Below are positions 7,763 through 15,715 of a stretch of DNA of 42,749 nucleotides, piece after piece; positions within the stretch are counted from its first letter, which is position 1, and each line of letters begins with the position of its first letter. The notes beneath the pieces are model-generated. The model did no database searches. It saw only the letters and a program-made list of their open reading frames with translations, and was not told where the DNA came from. A program made the position numbers and the translations under genes. The DNA lies in assembly GCA_041752975.1 (NCBI GenBank), contig JBGSVK010000048.1, forward strand, positions 1 to 42,749, written 5' to 3'. The DNA is from Minisyncoccia bacterium. Lineage in GTDB: Bacteria > Patescibacteriota > Minisyncoccia > Phycocordibacterales > UBA918.

Positions 7763-9445
7763 ATGGACAAAGAAATTCAATCTCTAGTTTGCCAATGGGA
7801 CCAATCAAGTTTCCTCTTTTTTTCTGATAATATTTGGGGTGATTTTATATACTACTCTCATCTTTTACCATCCATCTCTGCTTTAATTGTTTCAATATTT
7901 ATATTTATTCACACCCCAAACAACAAATCGTCGCAAGCACTACTATTTACAGGTATTTCATTTACTATTTGGAGCTTTATGGACTTATTCCTTTGGGCGT
8001 CTGAAAGTATGGATTTGATTATGTTTGTATGGTCCTCAATGATTTATTTTGAGATGTTTGTGTACTTGGGTAGCTTGTACTTTATTTATGCATATATAAA
8101 CAATAGATTTCCAGACTTTATACAAAACTCAATAATTTTTGTACTCTTTATTCCATTATTCTTATTTGGGCACACCTCATTAAATTTAACTGGCTTTGAT
8201 TTAACAAATTGTTGGCGCGAAGCAATAGAAGGTCCACTTTGGCAGAACTACATATATTATCTTGAAATTGGCATAGCAGCATGGATTTTCTTTTATGCCG
8301 GACGTCAATACTTAAGAGTAAAAGAATCAAAGCGACGCAGAGAAATACTTACAGTTACACTTGGTATTATTCTATTTCTATTTTCATTCTCAATCGGAAA
8401 CATTGTAGGTAGTGTCGAAACTGATTGGGAAATCGGTCAAATTGGACTTTTTGGCATGCCGATATTCTTAATATTCATCGGATACGCAATCGTTCGATTC
8501 GAATCGTTTAAACTGAAAGTTTTAGCAGCAGAAGCGCTGTTTACTGCTTCATTTATTTTACTTTTTTCACTTCTGTTTATTCGTACAATAGAGAATGCTC
8601 GAGTGATTATTATTGGTACATTAGTTCTTTTTACAATTTTAGGTTTTTTACTGGTTCGAAACATAAAGCGAGAGATGAAACAAAAAGAGGAGATTGAGCG
8701 ACTTGCTGTAAAACTTGAGGAAGCAAATATTCGCTTAAGACAAGTCGACAAACTCAAGTCAGAATTCGTTTCTATTGCTTCACACCAACTACGTAGTCCG
8801 ATTACAGCTATATCAGGATACGCTTCACTTATACGAGAAGGTAGTTATGGTGAAGTAACTGCTAAACTAAAAGTACCAATTGAGAGAATTGAGCAATCTG
8901 CACGAATGATGGCAGAGTCAATTGAAGACTACTTAAACGTCTCACGAATTGAGTCAGGTTACATGAAGTACAACAAGTCAGACTTCAACCTAACAGAGCA
9001 AGCTGAACACATTTGTGACGACCTAAGAAGTGAAGCTTTGAAGCGAGGTTTAATACTACTATTTAAAAAGAAGATAGAAAGTCAAGGTATTGTAAATGCT
9101 GACTTAGGTAAAGTTCAACAAATTATTCATAATTTGATAAATAATTCAATAAAGTACACACCAAAAGGAACAATCACGGTTTATGTTTACGACAATAAGA
9201 AGAATAAGAAAATATTCATTGATATCATGGATACAGGCATTGGAATGAATAAAGAAACTCTGCAAAGCATCTTCCAAAAATTTGAAAGGGGAGACAAAGC
9301 GAATACAGTTAATGTCAAAGGTACGGGACTTGGATTGTATGTAGCACTTAAGATGGCTGAAGCTATGGGAGGCAATATTACAGCTCAATCAGAAGGGGAA
9401 GGTTTAGGTTCTCGCTTTACAGTAGAGCTACCTCTAGCCATGTAA
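7763..9445 (+). CDS. sensor histidine kinase with a large polytopic N-terminal membrane domain
   Basis: About 8-9 TM segments and a coiled-coil linker. H-box SIASHQLRSPITAI, N-box HNLINNSIKYTP, G1 DTGIGM, G2 GTGLGL. Confidence 0.9.
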   Translation: MDKEIQSLVCQWDQSSFLFFSDNIWGDFIYYSHLLPSISALIVSIFIFIHTPNNKSSQALLFTGISFTIWSFMDLFLWASESMDLIMFVWSSMIYFEMFVYLGSLYFIYAYINNRFPDFIQNSIIFVLFIPLFLFGHTSLNLTGFDLTNCWREAIEGPLWQNYIYYLEIGIAAWIFFYAGRQYLRVKESKRRREILTVTLGIILFLFSFSIGNIVGSVETDWEIGQIGLFGMPIFLIFIGYAIVRFESFKLKVLAAEALFTASFILLFSLLFIRTIENARVIIIGTLVLFTILGFLLVRNIKREMKQKEEIERLAVKLEEANIRLRQVDKLKSEFVSIASHQLRSPITAISGYASLIREGSYGEVTAKLKVPIERIEQSARMMAESIEDYLNVSRIESGYMKYNKSDFNLTEQAEHICDDLRSEALKRGLILLFKKKIESQGIVNADLGKVQQIIHNLINNSIKYTPKGTITVYVYDNKKNKKIFIDIMDTGIGMNKETLQSIFQKFERGDKANTVNVKGTGLGLYVALKMAEAMGGNITAQSEGEGLGSRFTVELPLAM

Positions 9446-9467
9446 ACTTTAAAATAAGGCTCTTTTC

Positions 9468-9476
9468 TGATAGTAT
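9468..9476 (+). promoter_or_regulatory. extended -10 promoter (TGaTAGTAT) 6 nt upstream of the trpS ATG
   Basis: TG at 9468-9469, TAGTAT at 9471-9476, ATG at 9483, no SD. Confidence 0.5.
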
Positions 9477-9482
9477 GACCTT

Positions 9483-10424
9483 ATGACAAAAAAGCGACTT
9501 TTAACTGGACTTCAGCCTTCTGGCACTTTACATATTGGAAATTATTTTGGTGCTCTAAAACCATTTGTGGACAGCTACCAAGACTTCGAAAGTCATTTGA
9601 TGATTGCAGACTTACACGCCCTAACTACAGTCAGAGACGCTAATGGTCTAAGACAGAACATTATAGATGTAGTTAAAGACTATGTAGCAGCTGGCGTTGA
9701 TCCTAAGCAAGCGATTATATTTAAGCAATCAGACGTACCTGAGCATACTGAACTAGCGTGGATTTTTGAGTGCTTGGTAACAGTACCTTTTCTGATGCAA
9801 GCTCATGCCTATAAGGACAAAGTTGCTAAAGGAATAGAAGCCAGTGCTGGATTGTTTAATTACCCAATGCTAATGGCAGCAGATATCTTGCTCTACGATG
9901 CAGAAGTTGTTCCAGTTGGAGAAGACCAGAGACAACACATTGAATACGCACGTGAAGCATCAACAAAATTTAATAATGCTTACGGCGAAACTTTTACTGC
10001 ACCTCAAGAAATGATTCTTAAAGCAGTAGGTGTAGTACCTGGAACCGATGGTCAAAAAATGAGCAAAAGCTACAAAAATACGATTCCCTTATTTGGTTCA
10101 GAAGAAGAAATACATAAAGCTGTAATGGGAATTGTGACTGACTCTTCTGGTGAAAGACCAGAGAATGTCTACGCTATTCATAGACTACTAAAATCTGAAG
10201 TAGAACTGGCACCGCTCTATGAAGAAAACAAAGGTAAGTACAAAAATTTGAAAGATGCTCTATCAGCTGACCTGAATACCTTTATTGGTCCAATGAGAGA
10301 AAGGCGAGAGTCAATTTCTGATGCTGATGTAAAGCAAATTCTCAACGATGGCGCTTCCAAAGCGCGAGAAAGGGCAATAAAGAAAATGACTGAAGTACGC
10401 GAGAAAGTTGGTATTTCAATCTAG
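9483..10424 (+). CDS. trpS: tryptophan--tRNA ligase
   Basis: 313 aa class I aaRS with GLQPSGTLHIGNYFG (HIGH region) and KMSKS. Length and motifs are typical of TrpRS. Confidence 0.93.
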   Translation: MTKKRLLTGLQPSGTLHIGNYFGALKPFVDSYQDFESHLMIADLHALTTVRDANGLRQNIIDVVKDYVAAGVDPKQAIIFKQSDVPEHTELAWIFECLVTVPFLMQAHAYKDKVAKGIEASAGLFNYPMLMAADILLYDAEVVPVGEDQRQHIEYAREASTKFNNAYGETFTAPQEMILKAVGVVPGTDGQKMSKSYKNTIPLFGSEEEIHKAVMGIVTDSSGERPENVYAIHRLLKSEVELAPLYEENKGKYKNLKDALSADLNTFIGPMRERRESISDADVKQILNDGASKARERAIKKMTEVREKVGISI

Positions 10425-10428
10425 TTAT

Positions 10429-10890
10429 ATGAGCGAAGGACTGCTACCAAATAGAGAAAACTCAGCTTCAGAATTACTATCTGAATTTCAAAAGCTATTT
10501 GGCCTAATTAGTAACCTTGAGCATGAAGATTTGTCTGATGCTGCTGAGAAAATCAAGAGACTTATTTTTAATCAACTAAGAGTCACAGGTAAATTGACTA
10601 ACGAAGTATCTTACGAAGATTGGAAGCAAGAAATGTTTCCAAACAATGAAAGACCGACACTACTTCTAGAAACGGCGAAAAAGTGCAATATGATTAATTC
10701 TGAGAGTACTAGCGAAATACTACGCAAAAAACTTATTCAATTATTAATTGAATATAGAAATCGCAACAGATTTAGTCTTAATCAAACCTTAATTGCAGAA
10801 ATTGAAGACGCTACAAGTGGAAGTGAAATAACCTCAAGTCGATACGACACCTTGGCAAGTAAACTACTTTCAATCTCTTATGGAGGCTAA
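10429..10890 (+). CDS. hypothetical protein
   Basis: ORF with ATG at 10429, just after the trpS stop. The track TTG start at 10408 would overlap trpS. No recognisable domain. The stop lies 1 nt before the tag ATG. Confidence 0.55.
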   Translation: MSEGLLPNRENSASELLSEFQKLFGLISNLEHEDLSDAAEKIKRLIFNQLRVTGKLTNEVSYEDWKQEMFPNNERPTLLLETAKKCNMINSESTSEILRKKLIQLLIEYRNRNRFSLNQTLIAEIEDATSGSEITSSRYDTLASKLLSISYGG

Positions 10891-10891
10891 T

Positions 10892-11467
10892 ATGAAAAGA
10901 TGTTTTTGGGTAGAAGGCGGAGATGAAAACTATATTAAATATCACGATTTAGAGTGGGGAGTACCAGTAACAGACGATAATACTTTGTTTGAATTTATCG
11001 TCCTTGAAAGTGCCCAAGCTGGTTTGTCCTGGAAAACTATTTTGAATAAACGAGAAGACTACCTGAAAGCCTTTAAAAACTTTGTACCACAGAAGGTTGC
11101 AAAGATGACACAAACTGATATTGATAAACTACTTCAAAACCCTAATATCATTAGAAACCGCTTGAAAATTGCTTCGACAATCACCAATGCTCAAGCCTTC
11201 CTTAAAATCCAAAATGAATTTGGTAGTTTTTCTAACTACATGTGGCAATGGGTTAATCACAAACCAATAGTCAATAAGCACAAAGATAAATCTTCAGTAC
11301 CAGCCACCACAGAATTAGCGGTAGCGATGGCTAAAGATTTAAAGAAGCGAGGTTTCAAATTTCTCGGTCCAACTGTCTGGTACGCTCACATGCAAGCCGT
11401 AGGAATGGTAAATGATCACACAACTGATTGTTTTAGACACAAGGAAGTGACCAAGCTTCATAAATAG
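10892..11467 (+). CDS. tag: DNA-3-methyladenine glycosylase I
   Basis: KRCFWVEGGDENYIKYHDLEWGVP...ESAQAGLSWKTILNKRE is typical of Tag. A GGAGG SD at 10882-10886 precedes the ATG at 10892. Confidence 0.92.
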   Translation: MKRCFWVEGGDENYIKYHDLEWGVPVTDDNTLFEFIVLESAQAGLSWKTILNKREDYLKAFKNFVPQKVAKMTQTDIDKLLQNPNIIRNRLKIASTITNAQAFLKIQNEFGSFSNYMWQWVNHKPIVNKHKDKSSVPATTELAVAMAKDLKKRGFKFLGPTVWYAHMQAVGMVNDHTTDCFRHKEVTKLHK

Positions 11468-11493
11468 CAAAGGCTTGCCGTAGCAAGCCTTTG
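11468..11493. terminator. hairpin between convergent tag and the 98-aa ORF
   Basis: CAAAGGCTTGC / GCAAGCCTTTG perfect 11-bp stem with a 4-nt loop. The U-tracts are weak on both strands. Confidence 0.5.
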
Positions 11494-11512
11494 AAGCAAT
11501 CAACATCGCGCT

Positions 11513-11809
11513 CTAGGCGAAGGGACCGAACTTTTCCTTTCGATGAGCGATATATCGCTCCATCAAGACCGGCACGTCTTCGACATGGATATCCAAGTCA
11601 TGGTAGTTCGATTTGGCACGCTCGAAGTTTCGAAACCTCAGGCCGAGACCGAGATTGGGGTACTCGGGCATATCGCCCATAACGTAGTAAGAACCATACT
11701 GACACTGCGTCAACATCTCCCCTCGAGCAATGTCGCCAAAACGAACAAATCCTTCATTGTCGACCTTGTACTTTTCACGTAACTGAGCCGTTGACAAAAT
11801 TTGATGCAT
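11513..11809 (-). CDS. hypothetical 98-aa protein on a ~50% GC island
   Basis: The ORF fills the GC-rich island. A strong GGAGG SD lies 6 nt upstream of the ATG, and a TGgTATAAA-type -10 lies further upstream. I recognise no family. Confidence 0.6.
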   Translation of the reverse strand: MHQILSTAQLREKYKVDNEGFVRFGDIARGEMLTQCQYGSYYVMGDMPEYPNLGLGLRFRNFERAKSNYHDLDIHVEDVPVLMERYIAHRKEKFGPFA

Positions 11810-11870
11810 TTAGCGCCTCCATTTGAACAATCTATTTTATACCATATTTTTTAATAATGTAAACACAAAT

Positions 11871-11898
11871 TTGACCTTTAATTTCAAGCTTGTATAAT
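11871..11898 (+). promoter_or_regulatory. sigma70-type promoter of the aspS leader
   Basis: TTGACC (11871-11876), a 16-nt spacer, TATAAT (11893-11898). Confidence 0.7.
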
Positions 11899-11904
11899 CT
11901 CTTT

Positions 11905-12108
11905 ATACCAACGAAGCGGCTGACACCGCTGAGGTGAGGAAAGAACTGTCTAAACTAAGACATAGTAGACTCCTCCGTCTTTGCACGATACGCATATCTA
12001 AAAGAGCTTTGCATTTTGAGCAAAGAAATAGGGTGGCACCGCGGTCTCTATAAAGAAACCGCCCCTATAGATACATTATTAACTTAATTTATCTGTAGGA
12101 GCGTTTTT
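11905..12108 (+). promoter_or_regulatory. T-box riboswitch leader (tRNA-Asp specifier) controlling aspS
   Basis: T-box sequence AAATAGGGTGGCACCGCGG at 12026-12044. The antiterminator has helices 12028-33/12063-68 and 12041-45/12058-62 with a 7-nt bulge TGGCACC. The competing terminator is 12064-73/12090-99 plus T5 at 12104-12108. GAC codons lie at 11922-24 (hairpin loop CUGACA) and 11968-70. Confidence 0.8.
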
Positions 12109-12129
12109 CGTTTCTCAGACACCACTATT

Positions 12130-13530
12130 ATGAACAGAACACTAATTAAAGAACTCTCAAGTCACAAGGGAAGTGAAGTAACCATTCAAGGCTGGGTAGA
12201 TGTTATTCGAGATCAAGGGAAAATGGCCTTCTTTGATTTTCGAGATCGTACTGGAAAAGTCCAAGGTGTAGTTTTTGGCAAGCCAGAGGTACTTGAAGTT
12301 GCTAAATCAACACGACAAGAGTGTGTGGTTGAAGTTACCGGTATTGTAAACTCACGACCGGAAAAGACTATTAACGCTGAAATTCTAAACGGTGATATTG
12401 AACTTGAAATTACTGACATCAAGGTACTTAATGATGCGGAAGTTCTACCTTTTCCTATTAATGAAGACACAAGATTAATTGACGAAGCAACAAGACTTAA
12501 GCATCGATATATAGACTTACGAAGCGAGAGAATGCAGAAAAATATTCGAGCTCGTCATCACATCCAAAAATTTGTTCGAGATTACCTGACAGGGCAAGAT
12601 TTCGTTGAGGTCGAAACCCCACTATTATCTGCTCCAACTCCTGAAGGTTCTCGTTCTTTCGTTGTACCTTCTAGACTTAGTTCTGGAACATTTTATTCAC
12701 TTCCACAATCACCACAACAGTATAAACAACTCTTAATGGTCGGCGGTTTTGAAAGATACTTTCAATTTGCACGCTGTATGCGAGACGAAGATACTCGAGG
12801 TGATCGACAGCCTGAGTTTACTCAGCTCGATATGGAAATGTCATTTGTTGAAGAAAAAGATGTAATGAATATCAACGAAGCAATTTTGATTGAACTAGTG
12901 ACAAAATTTTATCCAGAAAAGCGTATTCAACAAGTTCCGTTCCCAAGAATGACCTATCACGAAGCAATGGAAAAGTATGGTAATGACCGACCAGACATTC
13001 GTGAAGACAAGAACGACCCCAATCTTCTTGCCTTCCTGTGGGTAACAGATTTTCCTGCTTTTGAAAGGACAGGAGCAGACAACGTAGACGAGACGGGTGA
13101 ATGGACCTTTACTCACAACCCTTTTGCCAGACCAAAAGATGAACACCTAGATGATTTCTTGGCCAAGAAAAACATTGGAGACATTATCAGTACTCAGTAC
13201 GATATAACCTTAAATGGTTTTGAAATTGGTGGAGGTAGTATTCGTAATCATAAGTCTTCGTGGCAAAGAACTACCTTTGAAATCATGGGTTATGATGAGG
13301 CTAGAATCCAATCAAACTTTGGACACATGTTAACCGCACTTGATTTTGGTGCACCACCACACGGTGGAATTGCTTGGGGATTTGATCGTTTGGTGATGCT
13401 ACTAGACAACGAACCAAATATTAGAGAAGTTATCGCCTTTGCAAAAACAGGTGAAGGAAGGGACCTTATGATGAACGCCCCCGCACAAGTTAACGCAAAA
13501 CAGCTTAAAGAATTAGGGATTAAAGTATAA
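12130..13530 (+). CDS. aspS: aspartate--tRNA ligase, bacterial-type sequence but lacking the GAD insertion domain
   Basis: Class II motifs FYSLPQSPQQYKQLLMVGGFERYFQFARCMRDEDTRGDRQPEFTQLDMEMSF and GFEIGGGSIRNH ... GAPPHGGIAWGFDRL are present. Only 466 aa. Confidence 0.95.
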   Translation: MNRTLIKELSSHKGSEVTIQGWVDVIRDQGKMAFFDFRDRTGKVQGVVFGKPEVLEVAKSTRQECVVEVTGIVNSRPEKTINAEILNGDIELEITDIKVLNDAEVLPFPINEDTRLIDEATRLKHRYIDLRSERMQKNIRARHHIQKFVRDYLTGQDFVEVETPLLSAPTPEGSRSFVVPSRLSSGTFYSLPQSPQQYKQLLMVGGFERYFQFARCMRDEDTRGDRQPEFTQLDMEMSFVEEKDVMNINEAILIELVTKFYPEKRIQQVPFPRMTYHEAMEKYGNDRPDIREDKNDPNLLAFLWVTDFPAFERTGADNVDETGEWTFTHNPFARPKDEHLDDFLAKKNIGDIISTQYDITLNGFEIGGGSIRNHKSSWQRTTFEIMGYDEARIQSNFGHMLTALDFGAPPHGGIAWGFDRLVMLLDNEPNIREVIAFAKTGEGRDLMMNAPAQVNAKQLKELGIKV

Positions 13531-13548
13531 TTACTTGCCGAACCAGCA

Positions 13549-13591
13549 AAATGGCTACTTTGGGAATTTCCCAAAGTAGCCATTTGTTTTT
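13549..13591 (+). terminator. rho-independent terminator after aspS
   Basis: Perfect 16-bp stem AAATGGCTACTTTGGG / CCCAAAGTAGCCATTT with a 5-nt loop, followed by GTTTTT. Confidence 0.9.
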
Positions 13592-13606
13592 GTAGCGTAA
13601 CTTAAA

Positions 13607-13615
13607 TGATATACT
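13607..13615 (+). promoter_or_regulatory. extended -10 promoter (TGaTATACT) upstream of pepA
   Basis: TG at 13607-08 and TATACT at 13610-15. The ATG at 13625 is 9 nt downstream. The track TTG start at 13616 directly abuts the -10 box. Confidence 0.5.
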
Positions 13616-13624
13616 TTGAAACAT

Positions 13625-15055
13625 ATGCTTAAAATCACGACTACGCCTAGATTAATTAACCAAAGCCCAGCAAAGTTTTGCCGACTAATATTAACGGAGG
13701 ACCCACTATCTTCACATCGCTTTGTAGAAAACAAAGAGGGACAGACTGAGTATAGAATGGGAATTGGGAAATTTAAGTTAGTAGACGCTCGTAGTTACCG
13801 AAATATTGTTAGAGCGATTGTCCAGGCGGCCAAGGGTCACAAGGTTGAATTTTTGGCGATTGATTATAGTACTTTTGTTTTTCCTAAACTTTCACTCTAC
13901 GATGAGAAGTGGCTAGCTTCGACTTTGGCAGAAAATTTACTACTAGCAGATTACGAGTTTAATACCTACAAAACTAAGCTAGCTGATAAAAAGGGACTTA
14001 AAGAAATACTAGTTTGTGGTCTTAGTAAAGCTGAATCAAAAGCAGGAGTATCTAGAGGAACTACCGTTGCCACTTATGTAAACAAAGCCAAAGACATTGC
14101 CAATACTCCAGCTTGTGATATGACTCCAACTGAATTTGGTAAATCAGCCAAAGCTCTAGCTATCGGTACAAAGATGGAAGTTAAAGTACTAGGGGAAAAA
14201 GAAATCAAGAAACTAAAAATGGGAGCACTTTTTGCGGTCGGACAAGGCACCAAGAGTGAAACTAAATTTATTATTGCTGAGTATTGGGGAGCTGGAAAAC
14301 CCACCTCAAAAACTTTAAAACAAAACCAAGCGCCGATAGTTCTAATTGGAAAAGGTATTACTTATGACACTGGTGGACTAAACGTAAAACCAAGTGGCGG
14401 TATGCATGATATGCACCTTGATATGTCGGGTGGTTCGTCAGTCTTGGCGACCATAGCTTGTATTGCCAAGTTGGGTATCAAAAAGAATGTTGTTGCCTTG
14501 GTACCAGCGGCCGAAAATGCTATCTCAGATGATGCAATGAGGGCAGGGGATATAGTGACCTCTATGAACGGCAAAACTATTGAAGTATTGCATACCGATG
14601 CTGAAGGAAGAATGGTCTTGGCTGATGCTTACACCTATGCTGAAAGATATTCACCAAAAGTTATTCTAGATGTAGCAACCCTGACCGGCGCTGCGCTAGT
14701 TGCACTTGGACAACACGCCAGTGCCATTATGACCAAAAATTTAGAACTAGAAAGCTCCCTAAGAGAACTAGGGGAGAGTAGTGGTGATTTGGTTTGGCCA
14801 CTACCACTATGGGATGAGTATAAGCAACATCTAAAGAGTCACCGAGCAGATATCAGTAATATTGCTACTAATTTTTCTCGTTACGGTGGAGCAATAGAGG
14901 GCGGTACATTCTTATCATTTTTTGCTCCCAAAAATATTCCTTGGGCACACATAGATATCGCCCCACGGATGGACAGTATTGCTAGCGATAAACTTGCCAA
15001 AGGCTCTACTGGAGAACCAATTCGACTTTTGGTTTCGTTTATTGAAAAGCAATAA
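13625..15055 (+). CDS. pepA: leucyl aminopeptidase (M17 family)
   Basis: M17 catalytic-domain motifs GKGITYDTGG and HTDAEGRMVLADA are present. The start was moved to ATG 13625 on promoter position. Confidence 0.9.
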   Translation: MLKITTTPRLINQSPAKFCRLILTEDPLSSHRFVENKEGQTEYRMGIGKFKLVDARSYRNIVRAIVQAAKGHKVEFLAIDYSTFVFPKLSLYDEKWLASTLAENLLLADYEFNTYKTKLADKKGLKEILVCGLSKAESKAGVSRGTTVATYVNKAKDIANTPACDMTPTEFGKSAKALAIGTKMEVKVLGEKEIKKLKMGALFAVGQGTKSETKFIIAEYWGAGKPTSKTLKQNQAPIVLIGKGITYDTGGLNVKPSGGMHDMHLDMSGGSSVLATIACIAKLGIKKNVVALVPAAENAISDDAMRAGDIVTSMNGKTIEVLHTDAEGRMVLADAYTYAERYSPKVILDVATLTGAALVALGQHASAIMTKNLELESSLRELGESSGDLVWPLPLWDEYKQHLKSHRADISNIATNFSRYGGAIEGGTFLSFFAPKNIPWAHIDIAPRMDSIASDKLAKGSTGEPIRLLVSFIEKQ

Positions 15056-15064
15056 CTAAAACTT

Positions 15065-15676
15065 ATGCCAAACGATTTTCTATCAAAAGAAAATATTTTG
15101 AATGAAGTGAAAAAACTTCAATATCTTTATACTTTAAAGAAGGAAATTCGCTATGGTCAAAAACGTAACGATGATGACATTACCGAATCGGTCGCAGAGC
15201 ACATTTATGGCATGTATATCTTGGCAAACTATTTCTTACCACTGGAAGATGAAAAGGGTGAGTTTGATAGGACATTGGTGTACGAAATGATTTTGATGCA
15301 CGATATGGATGAAATAGAGACCGGTGATACTATTGGGTATTTAAAAACAGATAAAATAAGAGCGGGGGAGAAGTTGGCCATGGAAATAGTAATAAGTAAT
15401 TCTCCTGATGTAATGAAACTTAAAATGAAGGAGATCACAGATTGCTACAATGAGCAGATTTTAAATGAAGCTAAGTTTGTAAAGGCACTAGACAGATTTG
15501 AACCTCTAATTCAAATTTACAGCGATTTTGGAAGACGTATCCACAAAATTAACAAACCAAAGGTACAAGACTCGGAAAGGATTAAGGCATCGTATATAAA
15601 ACCATTTCCAATTATGTTTGCTTACTATGAAATAATTCATCAAACCATGATTGATGAAGGATTCTTTGAGAATTAA
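15065..15676 (+). CDS. HD-domain phosphohydrolase (YfbR-like 5-prime-deoxynucleotidase family, tentative)
   Basis: AEHIYGM ... HDMDEIETGD is an HD metal-binding pattern. 203 aa. Confidence 0.7.
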   Translation: MPNDFLSKENILNEVKKLQYLYTLKKEIRYGQKRNDDDITESVAEHIYGMYILANYFLPLEDEKGEFDRTLVYEMILMHDMDEIETGDTIGYLKTDKIRAGEKLAMEIVISNSPDVMKLKMKEITDCYNEQILNEAKFVKALDRFEPLIQIYSDFGRRIHKINKPKVQDSERIKASYIKPFPIMFAYYEIIHQTMIDEGFFEN

Positions 15677-15697
15677 AATGATTCACAACTTCTGTCG

Positions 15698-15706
15698 TGT
15701 TATTAT
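15698..15706 (+). promoter_or_regulatory. extended -10 promoter (TGtTATTAT) 9 nt upstream of the scpA ATG
   Basis: TG at 15698-99, TATTAT at 15701-06, ATG at 15716. Confidence 0.45.
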
Positions 15707-15715
15707 TTAAGTAAT

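Noticed and set aside
11491-11782. Plus-strand ORFs 11491-11682 and 11543-11782 on the GC-rich island
   Set aside because: They are antisense to the 98-aa minus-strand ORF. That ORF alone has a GGAGG SD at correct spacing and spans the whole island. The first plus-strand ORF starts inside the tag terminator hairpin, and its Arg/Ser-rich composition looks like an antisense artefact.
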